Shown piece by piece: positions 43,143 through 52,184 of a stretch of 55,092 bases of DNA. Location of the stretch: contig CAYJRR010000009.1 of the NCBI GenBank assembly GCA_964372275.1, positions 1 to 55,092 on the forward strand, written 5' to 3'. The translations under genes and the position numbers were made by a program. Within the stretch, counting starts at the first letter, position 1; every line of letters begins with the position of its first letter. Below the pieces are notes generated by a model, which worked only from the letters and a program-made list of their open reading frames with translations, was not told where the DNA came from and made no database searches. The stretch is from an uncultured bacterium (GTDB lineage: Bacteria > CAYJRR01).

Positions 43143-43774
43143 CGGCCCGGGACGGTCGCGTCGAGTCGTCGGCTCCGCCGGGGCCCGACCCGCCTCGGCG
43201 CGACGGCGGCGACCCGGCCGCCTCCGCGGCCGGAGTCGACGCGGCCGCGCGGTGGAAGACGCTGGCCGTGCTCGCCGTCTGCGGACTGCTCGCCCTGGGG
43301 CTGGTCCTGGAACGGACCGTCTTTCGGGATCGCGCCCCCTCCCGCCGCGCCGCGCCGGAGGCGATCTTCCTCAACCGTCAGGGACGCCCGGTCGCGCTCT
43401 CGGACTACCGCGGAAAGGTGGTGCTGCTGAACTTTTGGGCGACATGGTGTCCGCCATGCGTGGAGGAGGTCCCGTCGCTCGAGCGGCTGGCGGCCGAGCT
43501 CAAACGGTCGGCCCCCGGCGTGGAGGTGATCGCTCCGGCGCTCGACGACCAGGGCTTCTCGGTGATCGATCCGTTCGTGAAACGGATGGGGGTGCAGTCG
43601 TTCACCGTCCTGCACGACCGGAACAAACACGCGTTCCGGTTCGGGACCCGCAAGCTTCCGGAGACCTGGCTGATCGGACCCGACGGCGAGATCCTGGACC
43701 GGTTCGTCGGTCCCCGCGAATGGGACGACCCGCGCTTCGTCGCGATGCTTACGAAGGCGAGCCGTAGTCGATGA
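43139..43774 (+). CDS. TlpA/ResA-like membrane-anchored thioredoxin
   Basis: Transmembrane helix, LNFWATWCPPC, LPETWLI and GPREW. Confidence 0.9.
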   Translation: MTARDGRVESSAPPGPDPPRRDGGDPAASAAGVDAAARWKTLAVLAVCGLLALGLVLERTVFRDRAPSRRAAPEAIFLNRQGRPVALSDYRGKVVLLNFWATWCPPCVEEVPSLERLAAELKRSAPGVEVIAPALDDQGFSVIDPFVKRMGVQSFTVLHDRNKHAFRFGTRKLPETWLIGPDGEILDRFVGPREWDDPRFVAMLTKASRSR

Positions 43775-43961
43775 TCACGACCCCGCGCGTGGGGGCCGGC
43801 GGTTCCGCGTGGGGGGCGCCGCGCTCCTCGGGCGAGGGGATCTGGAGCGGCGTCGGTTCCCACTCCCGGTCCCGTCGGGGGGCGCGGATCCGGGCGTCCG
43901 GGCGCCGGACGGCGGCCGGTGTCTTCGAGGCCGGTCGGATGGGCTTCTCCTTGCTCTGCAT
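43749..43961 (-). CDS. Small hypothetical protein (70 aa)
   Basis: MQSKEK...PLQIPSP...RGVVIIDY with a GGGGGA RBS and a sigma-54 motif upstream. Confidence 0.5.
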   Translation of the reverse strand: MQSKEKPIRPASKTPAAVRRPDARIRAPRRDREWEPTPLQIPSPEERGAPHAEPPAPTRGVVIIDYGSPS

Positions 43962-44013
43962 GGGTAGGTCCCCCATCGGCAATTCGAACCGTCGCTTCTC
44001 CACCCCATTGTAA

Positions 44014-44029
44014 AGCAAGCGGCAAGCCA
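44014..44029 (-). promoter_or_regulatory. Sigma-54 (-24/-12) promoter
   Basis: Minus strand reads TGGCTTGCCGCTTGCT. Confidence 0.6.
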
Positions 44030-44164
44030 CCCAAGCGCTTCGGTGTCGCACCGGGAAAAAATGTTCAACCCATTGACATTACTGGACATTGGTGGCCGTG
44101 AACGATCCGCGAATCCGGCGCGTACGGGGCCTCGTGGGGTGCCTTTGGGGGGTGGCTGACGCCG

Positions 44165-44911
44165 ATGTCGGGGCGGCAAAGCGAACGGGACCGATTGGAC
44201 GTGACGCTCGTCACACGGGGCCTGGCGCCGTCCCGGGAGCGTGCCCAGGGCCTGATCCTCGCCGGGCGCGTCCGCGTCGACGGGCGGCGGGTCGACAAGG
44301 CGGGATCCCGCGTCGCCTCCGGGGCGGCGATCGAGGTGGCGGGTCCGGAGGTGCCGTTCGTCTCCCGTGGGGGGGTCAAGCTCGCGCACGCCATCGATGC
44401 CTTCGGAGTCGATCCCACCGGACGGGTCGCCATCGATCTCGGAAGCTCGACCGGAGGGTTCACCGACTGCCTCCTCCAACGCGGAGCCGCGAAGGTCTAC
44501 GCGGTCGACGTGGGTCATGGCCAGCTCGATCCCAAGATTCGCGGGGACCGCCGCGTGGTGGTGATGGAGCGCCAAAACGTGCGACACCTCGAGCGCGGTC
44601 GGTTTGCGGAGGCTCCGTCGCTGGCCGTCGCCGATCTCTCTTTCATTTCGCTCACGTTGGTGTTGCCGAAGATCCGCGAGCTCACCGCTCCCGACGGGGA
44701 CGCGATCGTGCTGGTGAAACCGCAGTTCGAAGTGGGGCGCGGCAAGGTCGGGAAGGGGGGCGTGGTGAGGGACGAGCGCGCCCGCGCGGAGGCCGTGGAG
44801 GCGGTCGAGCGGGCGGCGCTCGCGGCCGGATTCACCGTCCGGGGAAAGATCGAGAGCCCGATCCGCGGAGCGAAGGGGAACGTGGAGATCCTCCTGCACC
44901 TCGGCGGGTGA
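44165..44911 (+). CDS. tlyA: TlyA family rRNA 2'-O-methyltransferase
   Basis: S4 domain RLD, FVSRGGVKL, STGGFTDCLLQRGA, DLSFISL and VKPQFE motifs. Confidence 0.96.
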   Translation: MSGRQSERDRLDVTLVTRGLAPSRERAQGLILAGRVRVDGRRVDKAGSRVASGAAIEVAGPEVPFVSRGGVKLAHAIDAFGVDPTGRVAIDLGSSTGGFTDCLLQRGAAKVYAVDVGHGQLDPKIRGDRRVVVMERQNVRHLERGRFAEAPSLAVADLSFISLTLVLPKIRELTAPDGDAIVLVKPQFEVGRGKVGKGGVVRDERARAEAVEAVERAALAAGFTVRGKIESPIRGAKGNVEILLHLGG

Positions 44912-44930
44912 GTGCTACCATCCCGAGGAC

Positions 44931-45449
44931 GTGAAGCGTCGCGCGAGATGTTGGGTCTGCGGTCTGCTGTTCGAGGCCGATCGCGGCTCGCTGCCGAAAG
45001 GTGCGCGGTTCGCCTGCGGGGAATGCGTCGCCGACGGGCTGCAACCGCCCGACGGTGCGCCGCCCGACCATCGGGTGCTCGCGCGCGTCCTCTACGAGCG
45101 CCACGGTGTCCCCTATGCCGACCTGCGCGAGGTGGCGGTCGAAGAGCCGGTGCTCCGGCTGGTCGCGGAGGAGTTTGCCCTGCACCACGCCGTGCTGCCG
45201 CTGTCGGTTCGCGCCGCCGGACCCCGCGGACGGGCCGGGCGTGCCTCGCGATCGGGGCCGGCGCCCGGGCGCGCAATCGTCCTGGCGATGTGCGATCCGG
45301 GGAACGCCTTCGCGATCGAATCGGTGAAGCGGCGGACGGGTCTCGCGGTTCAGCCGGTCGTCTCCACTTGGGCGGAGATCGTCGAAGCGATCGAGGAGCA
45401 GTATCTACGCGTCGCCGTCGCCGATGGACCGGCGACCGACCCGGAGTAG
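44931..45449 (+). CDS. Stand-alone GspE/PilB N-terminal-like domain with a zinc-finger head
   Basis: CWVC...CGEC, then GVPYADL, EEFALHHAVLPL, LAMCDPGN and AIEEQY. Confidence 0.65.
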   Translation: MKRRARCWVCGLLFEADRGSLPKGARFACGECVADGLQPPDGAPPDHRVLARVLYERHGVPYADLREVAVEEPVLRLVAEEFALHHAVLPLSVRAAGPRGRAGRASRSGPAPGRAIVLAMCDPGNAFAIESVKRRTGLAVQPVVSTWAEIVEAIEEQYLRVAVADGPATDPE

Positions 45450-45452
45450 CGC

Positions 45453-48230
45453 GTGTTCGGACGAGCACTCCGAGCCGCCGGTCCGCTCGCCATCGCCGCG
45501 ATCGTCGTGGTCGGGTCGCACTCGCGTGGCGGCGCCTTCCAGTCCGGTCATCCGGGAGCGAAGGCGGGGCCGAACGCGGCGGGCAGTCCGGTCCGCACCG
45601 ACCCGCCGCGACGGACGCGGACGCTGGTGCCGATCGGCGGGACCGGAGCGAACCTCCGTGACGCGGCCGCAAGGTCGCTGGCGGCCCTTCCCGGTTGGAC
45701 GGCGGTGGTGGATGCGACGACGGGGCTTCCCGCGCGGGCGTTCGGTCCCGGGATCGCCGTTCCGCGCCAGGGCACGTGGGAGGCGGACCTCGCGCGCTTT
45801 GCGGACGAGTTCCTTCGGCGGAACACCGCGCTGCTGGGGTTCGTTCCGTCTCCGGACGGCACCGACCTGAAGGCGCGTCCTCCGGTACGCGGAGGTCGGA
45901 CCTGGTATCGCCTCTACGACGCCTTCTGGAAAGGGGTGCCCGTCGAGGGGGCCCGGGTCGAGCTTCGATTCGTCCGGGAGGCGCTCACCCTGGTCCGGAT
46001 CGAGCTTCCGGGCACGCTCGATCTTTCGACCGTTCCGGCGGTCGATCGTGAGTGGGCGCGACGCGCGGCGGAGCGCGATGCGAGACGCCGTGGTCGTCCG
46101 CCGATCGGAGACGCCCGGATCCGCGCGCGCGACCCTCTGGTCGTCGTCGCCGCCGACGACGCGTGGTCGCTCGCCTGGGCGGCGGAGGTCGACGTCGACG
46201 GCCCGCGAGGCCGGCTCACCGTGTGGATCGACGCCGGGACGGGCCGCGTGATCGCGGCCCGGGATGCGTTCCGACACGGAGGGGGGCCGGTCGACACCCC
46301 GCTCACCGTGACCGGATCGTTCGAGGCGCGCAAGGCCGGCTCGGCGCTCTCGAGCGCCCCGTTCGCCGACCTCTTCGCGAGCGTCGGCGGCGACCTTTCG
46401 GTGACCGACAGCGCGGGGGTGGCGACCGTGGCGGTATCGGCCCCGGCGACGGAGGTTCAACTCGGGCTGCAGGGACCGTTCACGAGCGTGCTCCTCTACG
46501 AGGGATCGAGCGCCACCGCGACCGCGTCGGTCGACCCCGGCGTTCCGGCGTCGTTCGCATGGGGGGATGCCGACAGCCTGCTCGTCGAACGCGACGTCTT
46601 CCATTCCCACGCGGTGGTGCGCGCACGAATGAAGCGGATGGCCCCCGATGTCGAATGGCTCGACACGCAGGTCCCGCTGACGGTGGAGGTGTCCGACGCC
46701 GGCGGCTGCAACGCGTTCTGGGACGGAGAAGGGGCGCAGTTCTTCGCCGAATCGGCCACGTGCAACGCCACCGGCCGGGTCGCCGACGTCGTCTACCACG
46801 AGATCGGACACGGACTGCACCAGCACCTCTCGGCCGGCGGGTTCCTCGCGGGGGACATCGGCGAGGGGAGCTCCGACTACCTCGCCGCGACGATCAACGG
46901 CGATCCCGACATCGGTCCCAGCTTCTTCAAGGCCAATCCCGAAGGGATCCGCAACCTCGAGCCGGATCTCCGGTACCCCGACGACGTCGACGGAACGGTT
47001 CATCACGACGGATTGATCTGGGGGGGCGCGTTCTGGGACTACCGCGCGTCGATGATCGCCACGCTCGGAACCGACGCCGGCGTGGAGATCGCCGACCGTC
47101 TGCTGGCCGACGCGCTGCGGAACGATCCGTCTCTCGAGGAGGGATTCTACGACGTGCTGTTCGCCGCCGACGACGACGGCAACGTGACGAACGGAGTCCC
47201 CCACCTTTGCGAGATCGTCGGCAGCTTCGGCGCGCACGGCCTCGGTCCGGGGGACGGGCTGGCGGTCGACCACGTGCCGTTGGGCCTCCAGCCCCCGGAG
47301 CGGAACGGATACGTCGTCCGCGTGCACATCGGCGCCGCCTACCCGCAATGCGCGCCGAGCAACGCGGGGGTGGCGACGCTCGAGTGGCGGGTCGGGGACC
47401 AGGGGCCGTTCGCGTCGCTGGAGATGTCGTCGGAGCTGGTTCCGGGCTGGCGCACCGGCACGATCCCTCCACAATCGGCCGAGACCCGCGTCGAATACCG
47501 GGTGCGGGCCGTCGACCCGCTCGGGCGCGAGGCGACCTCGCCGCCGCGGAACTTCGAGACGACCCCCTTCTCGTTCGCCGTCGGACGACCGGCCGTGCTG
47601 TTCCGGGATGATTTCGAGGCGGACCGGGGGTGGACCCACCGGCTCGTCGACGGACCCGATCAGCAGGGGGCCGACGACTGGCAGATCGGCCCGCCGAACG
47701 GCGCTTCCGGAGATCCGCCGTCGGCCTTCTCCGGCGCGAACGTGGCCGGAAACGACCTCGGGGTCGATCCGTTCAACGGCGCGTACCAGCCGAATGTGAT
47801 CAACCGGTTCGAATCGCCGGAGATCGACTGCCGGAATTGGGCCGGCGTTCGCCTGCAGTTCCGGCGCTGGCTGCAAGTGGAGGAAGGGGAGTACGACCGG
47901 GCGACCGTCTACGTCGGGGACCGCGCGGTCTGGACCAATCCGACGGACGAGGCGCTTCGCGACGAGGCCTGGCGATTCGAAGAGGTCGACCTCTCGCGAT
48001 ACGCGGACGGGAAGAAGATCCGCATCGCCTTCGAGCTCGCCTCCGACGGCGGCGTCCAGCTCGGTGGATGGACGCTCGACGACGTGACGGTGGTCGCCGA
48101 CGGACCGCTCGACGAGGTGATCCCGGCGTGCGGCTGCTCGCTGACCGGCCGGCGCGGCCCTGCCGCGGGCATCGTGGTCGCCGTCGCGCTCGCCGCGCTG
48201 GCGATCGCCCTCCGCCGGCGAGCGGCATGA
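45453..48230 (+). CDS. Secreted M4/M36-like zinc metalloprotease with a MYXO-CTERM-like tail
   Basis: Propeptide-like N-terminus, CNAFWDG, VYHEIGH, GEGSSDY, VHHDG, and C-terminal CGC + hydrophobic stretch + RRR. Confidence 0.85.
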   Translation: MFGRALRAAGPLAIAAIVVVGSHSRGGAFQSGHPGAKAGPNAAGSPVRTDPPRRTRTLVPIGGTGANLRDAAARSLAALPGWTAVVDATTGLPARAFGPGIAVPRQGTWEADLARFADEFLRRNTALLGFVPSPDGTDLKARPPVRGGRTWYRLYDAFWKGVPVEGARVELRFVREALTLVRIELPGTLDLSTVPAVDREWARRAAERDARRRGRPPIGDARIRARDPLVVVAADDAWSLAWAAEVDVDGPRGRLTVWIDAGTGRVIAARDAFRHGGGPVDTPLTVTGSFEARKAGSALSSAPFADLFASVGGDLSVTDSAGVATVAVSAPATEVQLGLQGPFTSVLLYEGSSATATASVDPGVPASFAWGDADSLLVERDVFHSHAVVRARMKRMAPDVEWLDTQVPLTVEVSDAGGCNAFWDGEGAQFFAESATCNATGRVADVVYHEIGHGLHQHLSAGGFLAGDIGEGSSDYLAATINGDPDIGPSFFKANPEGIRNLEPDLRYPDDVDGTVHHDGLIWGGAFWDYRASMIATLGTDAGVEIADRLLADALRNDPSLEEGFYDVLFAADDDGNVTNGVPHLCEIVGSFGAHGLGPGDGLAVDHVPLGLQPPERNGYVVRVHIGAAYPQCAPSNAGVATLEWRVGDQGPFASLEMSSELVPGWRTGTIPPQSAETRVEYRVRAVDPLGREATSPPRNFETTPFSFAVGRPAVLFRDDFEADRGWTHRLVDGPDQQGADDWQIGPPNGASGDPPSAFSGANVAGNDLGVDPFNGAYQPNVINRFESPEIDCRNWAGVRLQFRRWLQVEEGEYDRATVYVGDRAVWTNPTDEALRDEAWRFEEVDLSRYADGKKIRIAFELASDGGVQLGGWTLDDVTVVADGPLDEVIPACGCSLTGRRGPAAGIVVAVALAALAIALRRRAA

Positions 48231-48255
48231 TCCCGTTTTCGGATATCGTCCGCCC

Positions 48256-48597
48256 ATGGCCGACTGTCTGTTCTGCGCCCTGATCGCGAACCCCAAGCCG
48301 GGGATGTTCCTCCACGACGACGGGACGGTCGTCGCGTTCCGTGACATCCACCCCCAGGCGCCGACCCACCTCCTCGTCGTTCCGCGGGAGCATTTCGCCG
48401 ACCTGACGCGGATGGAGGGGCGCACCGAGGTGGTGGCGAAGATGTACGACGCCGCGTTGACGCTCGCCCGGGAGCACCGCTTCGACGACGGCTTCCGGAC
48501 CGTGATCAACACCAAGGAGAAGGGCGGGCAAACCGTCTTCCACGTGCACATGCACGTCCTCGGCGGAAAGCCGATGGGACCCGCCCTCGCCGGCTAG
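48256..48597 (+). CDS. hinT: HIT family nucleotide-binding protein
   Basis: DCLFC, AFRDIHPQAPTH and HVHMHVLGG motifs. Confidence 0.93.
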   Translation: MADCLFCALIANPKPGMFLHDDGTVVAFRDIHPQAPTHLLVVPREHFADLTRMEGRTEVVAKMYDAALTLAREHRFDDGFRTVINTKEKGGQTVFHVHMHVLGGKPMGPALAG

Positions 48598-48635
48598 TGG
48601 CCCGGGAAGGCCCCGGGGAAACCCGACGGGCGGAC

Positions 48636-50444
48636 CTAGTCGAAGGCGGGCGGAGGGAGGATCGGCGGCTTGCGTTTCTGCGAGCTCGAGCGTTGCAGCT
48701 CCAGCTCCTGCAGAAGGACGGCCGGAGCGACGGTCGAGACCGGGATGTAGCCGCTTTCGGCGCCACAGAAGCCGTTGAAGACGTCCACCTCGTCGCCGGT
48801 GGCGAGGATCTTTGAGACGGCGGTGAGCGGCGTGCCGATGAACTCGGCGCCGCGCACCAGCGTGCGTCGGCCGGTCCTCGCGTCGACCTTGAACATCCGG
48901 GTCGGGATGCCGTGGAACGCCTGGACGTCGCCCCGCTGCGTGCTCGTTTCGCCCCCGCCGACCTCCTCGATCCAGATTCCGAACGGCTTCCCTTGGCGCC
49001 TCGCCTCCGCGATCAGCCGCCGCTCCAGCTCGGCACGCGAGACGGGCTTCGCCCCGCGGACCACCAGGTTGGCCATCCGTCCCATCGGGTCCTCGAACGA
49101 CGCATTGCGACCATGGCCGTTGCTCTTCGCGAACCCTTCGATCGGCGAACGGCCGAGGAGGAAGTTCCGCAACACGCCGCGCTCGACCAGTGTGACCGGG
49201 CGCGCCGGAACCCCTTCGTCGTCGAACGGATAGTGACCGTTCAGGTCGACCGTTCCGAACCGCGGCAGCGAAGGGTCGTCGACGACGGTGAGGAACGACG
49301 GCAGGATCGGCTGCCCGAGCTTGTCCTTGAACGTCTGACCCTCTTTGTCGCTCCGTTGCCGCTTGCCCTCGAGCCGATGACCGATCGCCTCGTGGAAGAA
49401 GACGCCGGTGACCTTCGGGGCCAGCACCGCCGGCCCGCTGTAGGGAGGCAGCACCTCGGCGGTGCGAAGCGCGAGGAGGTCCGCCGCCATGGCCTCCACC
49501 TCGCGATGGATCGCGGCGCGATCGGCGAACGCCTCCGGCGAGCGCGCGTAGAGGACCCGTCCACCCTCAAGCAGTTGTCCGTCATCGGCCCGCGTCAGGG
49601 CGGTGGCGGAAAAGGCGAAGAGCGTCTCGTCGTAGACGATCGAATGTCCTTCGTTGCTGACGAAGTATTTGGTCGAAAGCTGCGCGGTGGCGGTGATCCC
49701 CGAATCGAAGATTTCGGGGTATCGTTTGAGGTAGGCCCCCTCTTCGCGGACGATCGCCTTCCACCGCTCCTCGTCGAGCGAGGTCTTTGCGGGCGGGCCT
49801 CGGAACTTCACCGCCTCTTCGCGGGAGAAGTCGGCGAGAGGCTCCTTGCGGGCGACGGAGTAGACCGTCTTCCCCTTCTTCCGCAGGTAGCTCTGCAGCG
49901 CTTCCTTGTACTTGTAGTCGGTCAGGAGCCACAGTGCATCCCGGAGCGCGTCGGGGTCGTCGTCCACGGGAGCGCGGACGTAGTTGTAGAGCGAGCCGTA
50001 GTCGGCGTCGGGGTCGTAGTTGAACTCGAACCCCCCTTCGCCGGACGAATCGAGGTCGTAACTTCCGACGCGAACGTCGGCGAAGAGATTCCGCGCGCGG
50101 GTCATCGACGATTCGTAGACGGCGCCGTACTTGCCGGTGACGTTCATGCGCGTCACGTCGCGCAACAGGTAGCTGACGAAGTAGGGTGGATCGAACCCTT
50201 CGGCCGCCAGGCGCTTGGAGCGGAGCAGCTCGCGATGAAGGCTGTCGAGCACCTTGGAGCGGGGATCGGTCGCGGCCGCCGATTCACCCGGCGGCGCGGC
50301 CGGCTTCGCCGCCACGAGCAGGAGGACGAGGAGCGCGGCAGCCGGCGTCCGGCGGCGCAGGGGTCCGGGAGGGGAAGCGGGGGCGTCCCCCGAAGAGCGC
50401 GGAAGCGCGGAACGATCCCCGCGGGAGCGCGAATGCGCGGACAT
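48636..50444 (-). CDS. TldD-like metalloprotease with a signal-peptide-like N-terminus
   Basis: FFHEAIGHRLEG, DDEGV, SNGHGR, RMANL and GFCGAESG motifs. Confidence 0.88.
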   Translation of the reverse strand: MSAHSRSRGDRSALPRSSGDAPASPPGPLRRRTPAAALLVLLLVAAKPAAPPGESAAATDPRSKVLDSLHRELLRSKRLAAEGFDPPYFVSYLLRDVTRMNVTGKYGAVYESSMTRARNLFADVRVGSYDLDSSGEGGFEFNYDPDADYGSLYNYVRAPVDDDPDALRDALWLLTDYKYKEALQSYLRKKGKTVYSVARKEPLADFSREEAVKFRGPPAKTSLDEERWKAIVREEGAYLKRYPEIFDSGITATAQLSTKYFVSNEGHSIVYDETLFAFSATALTRADDGQLLEGGRVLYARSPEAFADRAAIHREVEAMAADLLALRTAEVLPPYSGPAVLAPKVTGVFFHEAIGHRLEGKRQRSDKEGQTFKDKLGQPILPSFLTVVDDPSLPRFGTVDLNGHYPFDDEGVPARPVTLVERGVLRNFLLGRSPIEGFAKSNGHGRNASFEDPMGRMANLVVRGAKPVSRAELERRLIAEARRQGKPFGIWIEEVGGGETSTQRGDVQAFHGIPTRMFKVDARTGRRTLVRGAEFIGTPLTAVSKILATGDEVDVFNGFCGAESGYIPVSTVAPAVLLQELELQRSSSQKRKPPILPPPAFD

Positions 50445-50492
50445 CCCGCGATTCCTAGCACAGGGCGGAGGGTTGGACTATCGTCGGAGGCC

Positions 50493-50957
50493 GTGGCGCG
50501 ACGGTTCACGGCGGCGATCGCGGCGGCGCTCCTGTTCGCCACGGCCGGCGCGCTCGGCGGCTGTTCGGCGCGCACGCCGGTGCGAGACACGATCCCGATC
50601 CGTTTCGGCGAGCACGTCCTTCACGCCGAGGTGGCCGACGGCGAGCCGGCGCGTGAACAGGGATTGATGTTCCGGCGCGATCTTCCGAAGGACGGCGGGA
50701 TGTTGTTCGTCTTCGACGAACCGCACCGCTCGAGCTTCTGGATGAAGAACACGCCGTTGCCGCTTTCGATCGCCTTTCTCGACGCCGATCGGCGCATCCT
50801 GAACGTCGAGCAGATGGCCCCCTTCGACGATCGGACCTTTCACCGCTCCGCCGGACTGGCGCTCTACGCCGTCGAGGCGCACCGCGGTTGGTTCGAAGCG
50901 CGCGGGATCGGGGCGGGCGTTCGCGCCGAGTTCGAGTGGCCGCCCGCCCGACGGTAG
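50493..50957 (+). CDS. DUF192 family lipoprotein
   Basis: Lipobox LGG-C, GLMFR, GMLFVF and FWMKNTPLPLSIAF. Confidence 0.9.
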   Translation: MARRFTAAIAAALLFATAGALGGCSARTPVRDTIPIRFGEHVLHAEVADGEPAREQGLMFRRDLPKDGGMLFVFDEPHRSSFWMKNTPLPLSIAFLDADRRILNVEQMAPFDDRTFHRSAGLALYAVEAHRGWFEARGIGAGVRAEFEWPPARR

Positions 50958-51167
50958 GACGTGCGCCCCGAGCGGATCACGAAGATGGCTGCGAGGACGT
51001 TGGAATTCCACTCCGGGGTGTCGCGTACGTGCCTCAGGACCGACCGGACCTGTTGCGGTGTCGCAACGCCTGCGCACCGGAACGAAGCTCGAGGACCACT
51101 CGAAGGAGTATAGAAAAATAAAGCAATTACATATATTTACGGAGGCGGGCCGAGGGGGGCGCCTCGA

Positions 51168-51183
51168 CGGCACGGGCGTTGCT
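51168..51183 (+). promoter_or_regulatory. Sigma-54 (-24/-12) promoter of lpxC
   Basis: CGGCACGGGCGTTGCT, with an AT-rich tract at 51109-51139 and the dyad GTTGCG-GTGT-CGCAAC at 51052-51067 upstream. Confidence 0.65.
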
Positions 51184-51197
51184 CCTTCCCCGCTCGC

Positions 51198-52124
51198 ATG
51201 GCTCCCAGTCGCGCGGTCATTCGCCAACAGACGCTCCGCCGAGAGGCGCGTTTCGACGGCGTCGGACTTCACAGCGGGGAACCGATCTCCGTGCGGCTCC
51301 TTCCGGCGCCGGCGAACACCGGGATCGTCTTCCACCAAGGTGCGGACGCGGTGCGCATCCCCGCCCGGGCCGAGAACGTCGTCTCGACCGTGCTCGCGAC
51401 CACGCTCGGACTCGAAGGGCAGCGGATCTCGACCGTCGAGCACGTCGTCGCCGCGTTGGCCGGCCTCGGTCTCGACAACGCCTTCATCGCGGTCGAAGGG
51501 TCGGAGTTGCCGATCGTCGACGGCTCCTGTCGTCCGTTCGTCGAGCGGATCCTGGAGGACGGGGTTTTGGAGCAGCGCGCCGAGCGATGGGTCCAGGTCG
51601 TCCGCCGGCCGTTCACGGTGCGCGATGGCGTGAAGGAGGCGACGCTCTGGCCGGCGCCGACCTTCCGCATCTCCTACTCGATCGACTTCGCGCATCCGGC
51701 GATCGGCGAGCAACGGTGGAACGGCGTGGTGAGCCCGGCGGTCTTCGCCAGGGAGATCGCGCCGGCGCGCACCTTCGGATTCCTGCGGGACGTCGAGCGC
51801 CTCAAGGCCGCGGGGCTCGCGCTCGGCGGGTCGTTGGAGAACGCCGTCGTTCTCGACGACGAGCGGGTGCTGAATCCGGGCGGACTGCGCTTCGCCGACG
51901 AGTTCGTCCGCCACAAGGTGCTCGACGCCATCGGCGATCTGGCGCTCGCGGGCCACCCGATCGTCGGCCATCTGGTCGCCCACCGATCGGGACACGACCT
52001 CAACCAGCGGCTGGTCCGTGAACTGCTGGCCGATCCGGCCAACGTGGAGATCTGCTCCGCCACCGAAGCGATCGAGCGGGGGCTGGGCTACGTCGAGTCC
52101 CCCCGCATCGCCCGCGCCATCTGA
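51198..52124 (+). CDS. lpxC: UDP-3-O-acyl-N-acetylglucosamine deacetylase
   Basis: GVGLHSG, TVEH, ARTFGF and EFVRHKVLDAIGDL motifs. Confidence 0.97.
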   Translation: MAPSRAVIRQQTLRREARFDGVGLHSGEPISVRLLPAPANTGIVFHQGADAVRIPARAENVVSTVLATTLGLEGQRISTVEHVVAALAGLGLDNAFIAVEGSELPIVDGSCRPFVERILEDGVLEQRAERWVQVVRRPFTVRDGVKEATLWPAPTFRISYSIDFAHPAIGEQRWNGVVSPAVFAREIAPARTFGFLRDVERLKAAGLALGGSLENAVVLDDERVLNPGGLRFADEFVRHKVLDAIGDLALAGHPIVGHLVAHRSGHDLNQRLVRELLADPANVEICSATEAIERGLGYVESPRIARAI

Positions 52125-52184
52125 CCATCCCCTTGCGCGGAAGGCGGGCGGCGGCGTTGAATCGCCCCTTTGCGGGGAGATCGG

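Noticed and set aside
44041-44053. CGGTGTCGCA shared with the lpxC upstream dyad
   Set aside because: It lies only about 12 bp from the -24 element, too close for an enhancer, and is plausible by chance at this GC content.
45405-48551. 1048-aa minus-strand ORF
   Set aside because: Antisense shadow of the metalloprotease and HIT genes.
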